A DNA stretch of 32,000 nucleotides from an archaeon (GTDB lineage Archaea > Iainarchaeota > Iainarchaeia > Iainarchaeales > CSSED10-239). The position numbers and the translations under genes were made by a program. The first letter of the stretch is position 1, and each line of letters begins with the position of its first letter. The notes under the pieces were generated by a model. It was not told the origin of the DNA. It saw only the letters and a program-made list of their open reading frames with translations, and searched no databases. The DNA is taken from the NCBI GenBank assembly GCA_035390665.1, contig DAOOUC010000002.1, forward strand, positions 90,001 to 122,000, in the 5' to 3' direction. Positions 7,973 to 17,205 of this stretch are shown piece by piece.

Positions 7973-9840
7973 TTTATATGCAAAAAAAAATAATTGATTA
8001 TCAAGATAAAAATACAAAGCAAGCTAATAATAAATTAAGATATTTATTAGTGGGTTTTTTCATTTTATTGGTTTCCGTATTTAGTGTAAGATATATTTTT
8101 GCTTCAGATATTGAATTAGAATTTGATAAGCAAACATATTCTGTAATGGAAGGATCAAGCACAAAAATTGGGTTTACAATCTACAATAATTCTGAATCAA
8201 AATTAAATCTTTTATTGTGGGCAGATTGTGATGATGAGGATGAAGAACTAAGTTGTAATTATTCTCAAAGAATAATAATGCATGGAAACTCAACTCAAAC
8301 AAGTTCTTTTTATGTTACAGGAAGAGAAGATTCATCAACAGATCTTACAATTTATGTAAATGAGTTAGATTCAGATAAAATAAATGAATATTCAGTAGAT
8401 ATAGATGTTATTGATGATGAAGAAGACGGAGAATTTGAAATAGAAGTATATAATTCAAGTATTTGTATTGGAAAAACTAACAAAATGACATTTGAAATAA
8501 ACAATAATGCAAGTGATGGATTATATAATTTATTTTTAACAAGTGATAGATTAGAAATAAATTCAGAATATTCTAATCCTGTTTATTTAAGAAATGAAAA
8601 AGAAATAGATTATTATGTTTTTGTTCCAGAAAACACAGAAGAAGGACAAGTTTTTAATTTAAGATATACTATAGAAGATAATGAGATTTTAGAAACAAAA
8701 TCAATATCAGTATATGCTAGAAATTGTCCAGATACTTTTGTTGATTTTAGTGTAACTGGTCCAACAACTATCTCTTATAATATAAATAAAAATGAAGAAA
8801 AGGTTGTAAACTATACAATAAAAAACAATTCAAATAGCAATAAAACAATATATATTTCAGAAGAACATACAGAAGATAAAATAGAAGTAAATATTTCTCA
8901 AAGAACAATTGTTTTATCTCCAAATGCTTCAAAGACAATAGATGTAAAGATTAAAACAACAGAAGACATTAAATCTGGAAGCTATGATTTAAGTTTAAAT
9001 TTCTTTGATGGGATAAACAATATTAATAAAAAAGTAAAATTACTTGTTAACCCAGAACATAGTATTGAAGTAGAAACATTAAATGGTATAAGTCAGACAT
9101 TAATAATTGGTCAAAATTTAGAGTTGCTTTTAATTATAAAAAACAAAGGAGATATAAGAGATGAGTTTACAGTAACTACTACGGTTGATAATGATGTAAA
9201 AGTAAGAACAACAGAAAATAGCTTTTCTGTTTATCAAAATAGCACTGTTCCTTTCTCAATGGTTTTATCTTCAGGAAGTAGAACACAAACAGGATATGCC
9301 TATTTAAATGTAAAAATTCAAGGAAAAGATAGTGATTTCTATAAAGAAGTTAATTACATTATTAATGTAATAAGAGACACACCAGTTGCTGGATTAGAAA
9401 TATTATCTTATCCAAGAGAAATAAATGTTGTCCCAGAAAGCAATCAAGAAGTGGATTTTATTTTGAAAAATATTACTAATTCAAAAGTAATAATTGATTA
9501 TATAGAATTAACAGATGCCTCTCAAGAGATAACAATAATTGCCCCAAGAGATTCAGTTATAGAACCACAAAATACAAAGACTATAAAAGTAAAGTTTGAT
9601 ATAGGCGACATAAAAGAAAATCAAAATGCAAAAATAAGATTTGTTACAAGAAATGGGGGAATTTTAGAAAGACAAATTAAATTCAATATAGATGATGGGC
9701 AAGAATTAGATTCAGATAGTAAATCAGGAATAACAGGATTTTTGTCTTTAAAAAATTCTATATTTACTGGCATAATTGTAGTATGTTTAGCAATAATCCT
9801 ATTATTTGTATTAGGAATATTTAAGACAAAAAAAATTTAG
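7969..9840 (+). CDS. Large surface protein with repeated Ig-like/CARDB-type domains and C-terminal TM anchor
   Basis: N-terminal TM/signal, repeated beta modules (FEINNNASDGLYN; YTIKNNSNSNKTIYI; IIKNKGDIRDEFTVTT), C-terminal TM GIIVVCLAIILLFVLGIF; starts 4 nt inside the preceding gene. Confidence 0.75.
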   Translation: MIYMQKKIIDYQDKNTKQANNKLRYLLVGFFILLVSVFSVRYIFASDIELEFDKQTYSVMEGSSTKIGFTIYNNSESKLNLLLWADCDDEDEELSCNYSQRIIMHGNSTQTSSFYVTGREDSSTDLTIYVNELDSDKINEYSVDIDVIDDEEDGEFEIEVYNSSICIGKTNKMTFEINNNASDGLYNLFLTSDRLEINSEYSNPVYLRNEKEIDYYVFVPENTEEGQVFNLRYTIEDNEILETKSISVYARNCPDTFVDFSVTGPTTISYNINKNEEKVVNYTIKNNSNSNKTIYISEEHTEDKIEVNISQRTIVLSPNASKTIDVKIKTTEDIKSGSYDLSLNFFDGINNINKKVKLLVNPEHSIEVETLNGISQTLIIGQNLELLLIIKNKGDIRDEFTVTTTVDNDVKVRTTENSFSVYQNSTVPFSMVLSSGSRTQTGYAYLNVKIQGKDSDFYKEVNYIINVIRDTPVAGLEILSYPREINVVPESNQEVDFILKNITNSKVIIDYIELTDASQEITIIAPRDSVIEPQNTKTIKVKFDIGDIKENQNAKIRFVTRNGGILERQIKFNIDDGQELDSDSKSGITGFLSLKNSIFTGIIVVCLAIILLFVLGIFKTKKI

Positions 9841-11420
9841 ATAAGTGATTTTTGTCTTTCTTCCATTTCTTTAATTTTATTTTCCATTAAATTAAAGGTG
9901 TTGTTTATTTTTTCTATATTTTTGTCAATAATTGCAATAAATTGATCTCTAAACATATTTAGTTCTGTGATTTTTTCTTTAGCAATATCTATTGTAGTTT
10001 GTAATTGTTCAATTCTTTTAATTTCATCATCTACTGTTTTTATTTTTCCTTTTATTTCTTGAGTAATTGCGCTTTCGTAAATTTTTAGAGATTGTGAGAT
10101 TTTTTCATCAACGGCATTAATTAATTGAGATTCAAATCCTTCAAGTTCTTTTAATTTTCTATTAATAATTTCAGGATCGGTTTTAGCAACAATAGTGTCT
10201 TTTACTTTGTTTATTTCTAATAGTTCTTTTGCAATTTCATCTTTGAATGCTTCTCTAGCTTTAGTTAAAAATTCGTTCTTTACAGCATCAAATCTTAGTT
10301 CATATCTATTTGCTAATTGTTGTTTAAATGATTCTAATTGATTTAATTTATCATAAAGTTGTTGTGGATTTATTTGTTTATTTATTCCTTCTTTAAATTC
10401 ATTTAGTTTTTTAATTTCTTCAATTACTGCTGTTTGTGTATTCTTTATTAATCCTTGTGTGATTTTAGATTGTAAAGCAAGTATATCATTTATCTCTTTT
10501 ATTTTTGCATTTAATTTTACTGTGGTTGTTGCTACAATTTTATTTACATTTTCTTGATTTAGTTTAGTGGTCTCGGTTATTTGATTTTGGAATTCTTGGA
10601 ATTTAATCAAAAGTGCTTCTATTTCTTGTTTGCTATTGTTTATGTCTTCTGCTTTTTTGTTTATTTTCGCTTGCTCTACTTTTAATTGTGCAAGTTGTTT
10701 TGTTAATTGAGTAGAAATGCCACTTACTTGTTCAGCTACTTGTTCATTTATTTTACCCATTAATAATTGTTTTGTAGTTTCTTGGATTTTTTTGTATTTT
10801 TCTATTTCTAAATCAATTTTAGATTTTAAATATTCTTCCATTTTTGTTTGTCTAATTTCAACTTCATTGATTTTTGTATTAATTGTTGTAACAAGTCCTG
10901 TTTGCCAAACATCTGCAGTGTTATTAGTTGTTTCAATCTTAGAATATTCTGGTTCTTTTTTCTTTGTTGTTTGAGGGGTTGGTGTGTAGGTATTAAAATC
11001 ATCAAAAGACACTGTATCTTTATCGCTAGAATAGTCTAATCCACTAATATCTAAGCCTTTAGTAATATCAGGTATATCTTTAGTTTCATCTTTTGTTTCT
11101 GGAATTTCAGGAACTGTTAATTTAGCAATTTCTGTTTCTTCTGAAAATAAATTATCAGGTATTTCACTTTTGTTAAAAATAGTTTTTGGTTCTTCCGTAA
11201 TCTTAGTTGTCGTCACTTTAGAATCTGTACTTTTTATGTCGTTAACTTTTAATTCAGTAACAGAAGATGTTTTTGTTTCTTCAAAGGCATTACTAATTAA
11301 ATCATCACAATCTTTAGCTGAAAGTCCCATCTTTAATAAATTATCTTTAATGTCTTCTTTAGACATTCCTAAATCTTTTAATTTTTTTATATTTTCTATA
11401 ATTCTTGGATCTGGAATCAT
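9837..11420 (-). CDS. Long coiled-coil protein of unknown function
   Basis: 527 aa; N-terminal small helical unit (IKKLKDLGMSKEDIKDNLLKMGLS), Ser/Thr/Glu-rich linker, then about 350 aa of continuous heptad-like helix; no TM segment. Confidence 0.75.
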   Translation of the reverse strand: MIPDPRIIENIKKLKDLGMSKEDIKDNLLKMGLSAKDCDDLISNAFEETKTSSVTELKVNDIKSTDSKVTTTKITEEPKTIFNKSEIPDNLFSEETEIAKLTVPEIPETKDETKDIPDITKGLDISGLDYSSDKDTVSFDDFNTYTPTPQTTKKKEPEYSKIETTNNTADVWQTGLVTTINTKINEVEIRQTKMEEYLKSKIDLEIEKYKKIQETTKQLLMGKINEQVAEQVSGISTQLTKQLAQLKVEQAKINKKAEDINNSKQEIEALLIKFQEFQNQITETTKLNQENVNKIVATTTVKLNAKIKEINDILALQSKITQGLIKNTQTAVIEEIKKLNEFKEGINKQINPQQLYDKLNQLESFKQQLANRYELRFDAVKNEFLTKAREAFKDEIAKELLEINKVKDTIVAKTDPEIINRKLKELEGFESQLINAVDEKISQSLKIYESAITQEIKGKIKTVDDEIKRIEQLQTTIDIAKEKITELNMFRDQFIAIIDKNIEKINNTFNLMENKIKEMEERQKSLI

Positions 11421-11983
11421 ATTTTGTGTTCCTTTAATTTTCTTTTAATTTCTTTATAAACATTTTCAATTGATTGATTTCCATCAATTTCTATAAGTTT
11501 GCCTTTTTCTTTATATCTTTGAATTACTTTTTTTGTTATCTTGTCGTAATCTTCTAGTCTTTTCTTAATTGCTTTTTCTGTATCGTCATTTCTTTTTCTT
11601 AATAATAGTCTTTTTACACTTTCTTTTTTTGAAATATTAAGATGGATTACTCCAACTAATTCGTAATCATTAGAATGTAAAAAATAATCAAAAACTGCTG
11701 CTTGATCATATTCTCTTGGAAAGCCATCCATTAATATTTTATTTGATTTTTCTTTTTTTATTTTATTAAAAATTAAATCACTTGCAATTTCTAAAGAAAC
11801 CATATTTCCTTTACTTATGATTTCATTAATCTTTTTTCCTAAAATTGTTTTCTTATTTACTTCTTCTCTTAAGATTTCGCCCATAGAAAAAGGTTTGTAA
11901 CCAAAATCCCTTTCTATAAGTTTATTTTGGGTTCCTTTTCCGCTACCTGCTGGACCAACCATTATGATTATTTTTTTAGTCAT
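11417..11983 (-). CDS. adk: Adenylate kinase / nucleoside monophosphate kinase family
   Basis: P-loop GPAGSGKGTQNKLI, FSMGEILREEV, LMDGFPREYDQAAVF, RLLLRKRNDDTEKAIKKRLEDY (short LID). Confidence 0.87.
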   Translation of the reverse strand: MTKKIIIMVGPAGSGKGTQNKLIERDFGYKPFSMGEILREEVNKKTILGKKINEIISKGNMVSLEIASDLIFNKIKKEKSNKILMDGFPREYDQAAVFDYFLHSNDYELVGVIHLNISKKESVKRLLLRKRNDDTEKAIKKRLEDYDKITKKVIQRYKEKGKLIEIDGNQSIENVYKEIKRKLKEHKI

Positions 11984-12091
11984 AACTATTTCTATTTAAA
12001 ACTTATATTTTTAAACTGCTCTTCTAATAAATATATTATATAATATATAGAAAAACTTAGTATTTAAAAATGTTTCTTATTTTAGAAAAAA

Positions 12092-12166
12092 AGGCCGGTA
12101 GCATAGTTTGGATAGTGCACAAGCCTCCTAAGCTTGGGATCGCGGGTTCGAATCCCGCCCGACCTG
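12092..12166 (+). tRNA. tRNA-Arg (anticodon CCU)
   Basis: AGGCCGG TA GCAT..GTGC A CAAGC-CTCCTAA-GCTTG GGATC GCGGG-TTCGAAT-CCCGC CCGACCT G. Cloverleaf complete except C4:A69 in the acceptor stem; TATA-like TTTAAAAA about 25 nt upstream. Confidence 0.93.
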
Positions 12167-12257
12167 TATAGAAATTTTAACTAAGTTGCAATAAGTAGAT
12201 ACCTTTAAATATATTTTAGTTTACTATTACTATAGAATAATAAATATAGGAAAGAAA

Positions 12258-13691
12258 ATGTATTACACAAGATGGTATTTCGATGAGATTTTTAGAATTA
12301 TTGGTCAGATTATCTATTACAGTAGTTTTGTATTTTTAATTCCATTAATATTGTCTATTATTTTAAAAGAGCAAACCTTATTTATAGGAAATTATGCTTT
12401 ATCTTTTCTAATTGTTTTTTTATTTGGATTAATTTTATATAAATTTATTCCAAAAAATAATTTTGTAGAACTAAGTGGAATACATTATTTATTAATTGTT
12501 TGTGGATTATGGTTGATTTTTTGTACAGTGTCAACAATTCCATATTATGTTTTTGGATATAGCTTTATTGATTCATTCTTTGATACGATGTCTCTTCTTA
12601 CAACAACAGGGACAACAACATTACCTTACATTATAGATTTAACAAGTTTTCATGTCTGGAGAGCTATACTTTCATGGATAGGTGGTATCGGAATAGTTTT
12701 AATTGCATTCTATGGATTATTGAATACCAATATCTTTTTTTCAAAAAAAATTGCAATGGCAGAAGGTCACGATCAAATGACAAATTCCTATAAAGGAACA
12801 ATAAAAGCACTTTGGATAATATATATTGTTTTAACTATTATTGGAATTATTCTATTATTATTGGTTGGAATGGATTTATTAAATTCAGTAACTTATACAA
12901 TGTCAGCAATTTCTACAACAGGACACGATATGCCAAATGCAAATTATATATATAATGGTAATATTCAATTAGTAATTGCATTTATTATTTTATTGGGAGC
13001 AACATCATTTGTAACTCATTATAAGGTTTATAAAGAAAAAAACCCGTTAGTATATTTTAAAGATCCGCAGTTTATTTTTATTTCAGTTATAATATTTATA
13101 TTTTTCTTAATATTTTATGCATATTTACACACAACACAAACTTGGCAAAGCATACTTGGTTTAATAGTAGGATCCATGGGTGGTGGTTTTATAGTATTTT
13201 CTCCAGAAATGATTTTAGGATTAGCACCATTGCTTTTTTTATTGTTATTATTTGTTATGTTTGTGGGTGGTGCAAAAGGGTCTACTGCTGGTGGTATTAC
13301 ACAAGAAAGATTTCTATTATTAATTAAATCAATTTTTTGGCAAATTAAAGAGATAAGATTACCGGATCTTTCAACTATTTCAAAAAAATACGACGATAGA
13401 ATTATAGATGATGATGAAATAAAATTATTATATTTTTTTGTGGCAAGCTATTTATTTTTTATAGTTTTTGGAGTATTAGTATTAACGGCTTATGGTTATC
13501 CATTAAATACAAGTATTTTTGAAGTTATTTCAACTCAAGGAAATATTGGTATTCCAATAGGAATTGCTGAATATAGTATGCCATTAATACCAAAAATTGT
13601 ATTAATATTAAACATGTGGGTTGGAAGATTAGAAATAATTCCAATATTTGGATTAATTGGAATGTTATTCCAAAGAACGAGGGTGATATGA
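12258..13691 (+). CDS. trkH: Trk-type potassium transporter membrane subunit TrkH
   Basis: Multi-TM; selectivity-type repeats FDTMSLLTTTGTTT, VTYTMSAISTTGHDM, GGAKGSTAGGITQERF, FEVISTQGNIGIPIG. Confidence 0.93.
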   Translation: MYYTRWYFDEIFRIIGQIIYYSSFVFLIPLILSIILKEQTLFIGNYALSFLIVFLFGLILYKFIPKNNFVELSGIHYLLIVCGLWLIFCTVSTIPYYVFGYSFIDSFFDTMSLLTTTGTTTLPYIIDLTSFHVWRAILSWIGGIGIVLIAFYGLLNTNIFFSKKIAMAEGHDQMTNSYKGTIKALWIIYIVLTIIGIILLLLVGMDLLNSVTYTMSAISTTGHDMPNANYIYNGNIQLVIAFIILLGATSFVTHYKVYKEKNPLVYFKDPQFIFISVIIFIFFLIFYAYLHTTQTWQSILGLIVGSMGGGFIVFSPEMILGLAPLLFLLLLFVMFVGGAKGSTAGGITQERFLLLIKSIFWQIKEIRLPDLSTISKKYDDRIIDDDEIKLLYFFVASYLFFIVFGVLVLTAYGYPLNTSIFEVISTQGNIGIPIGIAEYSMPLIPKIVLILNMWVGRLEIIPIFGLIGMLFQRTRVI

Positions 13692-13692
13692 A

Positions 13693-14349
13693 ATGTATGT
13701 AATTATTGTAGGAAGAAGTGCGGTTTCAAGACACGTAATAAGTCTATTAGAAGCAGAGGATCACGAAGTAGTGGTTATTGAAAAAGACCCAGCATTATCA
13801 AAGGCAATTGCTTATGATTATGATGTAATTACCGTTAATGGGGATGCAACAAATCCAAATACTTTAAAAAAAGCAGGAATTGATCATGCAGATGTTTTTT
13901 TAGCATTAACAGACGATGATGAAACAAATTTAATAATGGCTCTAATTGCTAAACAAGCAGGAGTAAAAATGGCTGCAGTAATCTTAAGAAAGATAAGTTA
14001 TCAAAAAGAAGTTTTTGATAAACTTGGAATTGATTATGTTATTCAGCCAGATTATGCAGCTGCAGGGTATATCACTCAATTAATAACCGATAAAGATATT
14101 CTAGATTTATCTTTCTTTTCTATGGGGGATGCAGGAATTGTTGAAAATGTAATAAAAAAAGAAAGTAAACACCTAGGATTACATATCTCTAAATTTAAAA
14201 CTCTTTTACCTGAGGATACAAACATTATTGGATACTTCAAAGATGGAAACTTTAATGTCTATAAGGACACAGACATTTTAGAAGAAGGTCAAAAGATTTT
14301 AATTGTTGCAAAAAAAGAGCAAATGAAAGAAGTAAAGAAATTGATTTAA
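13693..14349 (+). CDS. trkA: Trk system potassium uptake regulatory protein TrkA (RCK/TrkA-N and TrkA-C)
   Basis: MYVIIVGRSAVSRHVISLLEAEDHEVVVIEKD, DVITVNGDATNPNTLKKAGI, DVFLALTDDDETNLIMALIAK; directly downstream of trkH. Confidence 0.94.
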   Translation: MYVIIVGRSAVSRHVISLLEAEDHEVVVIEKDPALSKAIAYDYDVITVNGDATNPNTLKKAGIDHADVFLALTDDDETNLIMALIAKQAGVKMAAVILRKISYQKEVFDKLGIDYVIQPDYAAAGYITQLITDKDILDLSFFSMGDAGIVENVIKKESKHLGLHISKFKTLLPEDTNIIGYFKDGNFNVYKDTDILEEGQKILIVAKKEQMKEVKKLI

Positions 14350-15116
14350 TTTTCAATTTCTTCTAATTCTTGTGCACCATTATCAGATGGTATTTCTTCA
14401 AAATGTATACAGATTGTGTGTCTATATTTTCTTCTGCCATCTTTGTCTGCAGTAATAAGAGATCTTGTTTTTTGCCAAGTTTTAGCGTGTTTGTTTAAAA
14501 TTATTGTTTTTCTAACTTTCTCAGTATGATCAATGTCATTTAAATAAATGTCAATACCTGTTTTTTGATCCACTTTTTTAGAAATAAAAAATGGTTTTGT
14601 TTTATTTGCAGCCGCATTGTTTATAGAATTAACTTGTGTTTCTATTTGTTTAACAAGTGCCGGTTGTAGTTCTTTTAAAAGTTCTTTAGTATCAAATCTT
14701 AATTGTAAAATAGTAGTATAGTAATGACTTGCAAATTTTAAACATTCAGCACAAGGTTCAACTCTAAAAGACACATCTTTTTCCATTGTTATTTCTTTTA
14801 TTGCATTTCCAAATAAGGCTTTAACAACAACTTTAACATAATATTCATGTCTTTCAAAGTCAGTAATAAAAGTAACCATTGGTTTTGCTTGCTCAAGTTC
14901 TTTTATCCTTATGTGTTTAGACAGTTCATGTTCAAGTTCTGGTTTTTTCATAAGTCTCTTAGCATATCTATAACTATCACATTTAGAACAATAAGTAATT
15001 TCAAATTTAGGTGCTGTGATTACAGGATTTTCAGAAACATAGCATTCAATACAGAAATTATTTATCATTTTTTCTTCTGGAACAGTCTTTCCACATTTTG
15101 GACAAAATCTTTGCAT
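14346..15116 (-). CDS. NMD3 family protein (archaeal homologue of 60S export adaptor)
   Basis: Cys-pair motifs FCPKCGKTV..FCIECYV, YCSKCDSYRYAKRLMK, EPCAECLK; overall NMD3 N-terminal architecture. Confidence 0.87.
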   Translation of the reverse strand: MQRFCPKCGKTVPEEKMINNFCIECYVSENPVITAPKFEITYCSKCDSYRYAKRLMKKPELEHELSKHIRIKELEQAKPMVTFITDFERHEYYVKVVVKALFGNAIKEITMEKDVSFRVEPCAECLKFASHYYTTILQLRFDTKELLKELQPALVKQIETQVNSINNAAANKTKPFFISKKVDQKTGIDIYLNDIDHTEKVRKTIILNKHAKTWQKTRSLITADKDGRRKYRHTICIHFEEIPSDNGAQELEEIEN

Positions 15117-15126
15117 AATTCTTTAC

Positions 15127-16428
15127 CTACTCTAAATCAATTGTTTCTCCAAGTGCAGGATTTTCAGCAACAATTCCAAGTTTTTTAAGTTCGTCTTTAA
15201 AATGGAAGGTTGTGTCTTTATCTCCATGTACACAAATTACTTTTTTTGGATTTACTTTTTTTACTAATTCCAATAGTTCATCTTTTCCTGCATGTCCTGA
15301 AAAACTATGCTTGGTTATTTTTGCTCTTGGAGAATAAACTTTTCCATCAATATAGATTTTATTTTTTTCTAATAATCTTCTTCCATTTGTTCCTTCTACT
15401 TGATAACCAGTAAGAATAATTCTATTTCTTGGATCATCTCCAAGTTCTCTTATATAGTAAAGAACAGGCCCGCCTTCAAGCATTCCTGCAGTAGTAATTA
15501 TTATACATGGTTCTTGTTTACTAATAATCTTGTCTCTTTTCTTTTGATTTTTAATATATTCTACTCTTTCTACTGCTTTCTTAAATCTTAAGAAATCATT
15601 AAAGTGTGCTGGATATTGAGAAAAAATAGTTGTTGCTGTTTTTGCCATTCCATCAAGGTATATTGGAACTTGAATATTGTATCTATCAAGAATACTAATT
15701 AATTCTTGAGATCTTTCAATAGCAAAAGCAGGTAAAATTACAATTCCTCTGTTATCAATTGTTTCTTTAATTTCTTCAATTAATACTTTTTCTTGTTCTT
15801 TTCTATTTTTGTGAACCTCATCTCCATAAGTTGTTTCTGTTATCAAGTAATCAACTTGTGGTAATTTTTTATCATAACCTTTAAACATTTGGCTTTCTGA
15901 ACCTCTAAAGTCTCCGGTATAAAGTATTTTTTTTTTATCCATCTCTACAAGAGGCATAACGCTTCCAACAATATGTCCTGCATCAAAAAATGTTATTGTT
16001 GTGTTGTCTGTAATCTGTATTGGTTTTTTATAATCAATATAGAATGCAGAATTATTTGTATCATCCACATGTTGTTGTTTAAATCCACAATCTTCTCCAG
16101 TCAATTTTGCAATCTTTAATGTGTCTTTCCATAATAGATTAGACAATTGTAAGGTTGCTTCTGTTAAAAAAAGTGGAGCATTTGCACTTTTATATAGTGA
16201 TGGCACAGCACCTGAGTGGTCCAAATGTGCGTGACTTAATATCACTCCATTAAGTGGATCTTTAACAGGTCTTGGATGCTCTGTTTTAGATGGCATTTCC
16301 AAATCTGTAGCCGTTTTTGTTGTAGGATTAAGTTTCAAACCATAATCCAATAGTATGTTGTCTTTGCCTTTAAGAAGAATAGCACTTCTACCTACTTCTT
16401 GTCCGGCGCCTAAACATTGTACTTTCAT
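15127..16428 (-). CDS. Beta-CASP metallo-beta-lactamase ribonuclease without KH domains (aCPSF2/aRNase J type)
   Basis: LGAGQEVGRSAILLKGKDNILLDYG, SHAHLDHSGAVPSL, YTGDFRG, TETTYGDEVH, ILPAFAIERSQELI, TAGMLEGGPVLYYI, KHSFSGHAGKDELL. Confidence 0.93.
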   Translation of the reverse strand: MKVQCLGAGQEVGRSAILLKGKDNILLDYGLKLNPTTKTATDLEMPSKTEHPRPVKDPLNGVILSHAHLDHSGAVPSLYKSANAPLFLTEATLQLSNLLWKDTLKIAKLTGEDCGFKQQHVDDTNNSAFYIDYKKPIQITDNTTITFFDAGHIVGSVMPLVEMDKKKILYTGDFRGSESQMFKGYDKKLPQVDYLITETTYGDEVHKNRKEQEKVLIEEIKETIDNRGIVILPAFAIERSQELISILDRYNIQVPIYLDGMAKTATTIFSQYPAHFNDFLRFKKAVERVEYIKNQKKRDKIISKQEPCIIITTAGMLEGGPVLYYIRELGDDPRNRIILTGYQVEGTNGRRLLEKNKIYIDGKVYSPRAKITKHSFSGHAGKDELLELVKKVNPKKVICVHGDKDTTFHFKDELKKLGIVAENPALGETIDLE

Positions 16429-16585
16429 GTTATATCGTCTCCTTATGTTTAATAAAAATAATAATTAAATAGATTACCTATGTAATTTTAAATGTAATAT
16501 ATAGTCTAATTAGAATTTAGATATATTTAAATAATATATAATTTATAGTATATATAGGTTTTTAAATATATTTTTGGTGGAAAAA

Positions 16586-17200
16586 ATGGTTTGGTTAAAT
16601 TTTCTTGAGTCTATTGATTTTTTAAAAAAAAATAATATTAAAGTTTTGGATTATAAGATTATTGATTCAAAAGAAAAACTAGAATATTATAAAGATTTTC
16701 CATATGTCTTAAAACTAAGTTCCAATCTTTTACATAAAACTGAAGAAAAAGCAGTAATCACAGATATTTATTCAAAGGAGTCTTTGTTTTCTGCATATAA
16801 TCACCTTTCTTCAATTTTAGAAAAACATAAAATCAAAGGGAAAATAATTCTTCAAAAACAAGTAAAAGGTTTAGAATTAATTATTGGAATTAACAAAGAT
16901 GAACAGTTTGGAAAAGTCATTTTATTTGGTCAAGGCGGAATATACACTGAAGTTTTAGATGATACAAGTATAAGAATACTTCCAATAGAAAAGAAAGAAA
17001 TACAAGAAATGATATTTTCAACAAGGGTAAGTAAATTATTTTTTGCAAGAGGAGTAATTTATGATACAAAAGAATTAATTGATTTGATTGAAAATATTTC
17101 TAAAATTTCAACTAAGGTTTTAGAATTAGATTTAAATCCTGTAATTCTAACAAAAGAAGGATTATACATTGTTGATGCAAGAGTTAAGCTAGAGGAATAG
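16586..17200 (+). CDS. ATP-grasp protein, ADP-forming acyl-CoA synthetase beta-subunit-like
   Basis: YPYVLKLSS-like PYVLKLSSNLLHKTEEKAVITDI, ILQKQVKGLELIIGINKDEQFGKVILFGQGGIYTEVL, LDLNPVILTKEGLYIVDARV. Track start at 16574 is TTG; ATG at 16586 is more likely. Confidence 0.85.
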   Translation: MVWLNFLESIDFLKKNNIKVLDYKIIDSKEKLEYYKDFPYVLKLSSNLLHKTEEKAVITDIYSKESLFSAYNHLSSILEKHKIKGKIILQKQVKGLELIIGINKDEQFGKVILFGQGGIYTEVLDDTSIRILPIEKKEIQEMIFSTRVSKLFFARGVIYDTKELIDLIENISKISTKVLELDLNPVILTKEGLYIVDARVKLEE

Positions 17201-17205
17201 ACACT

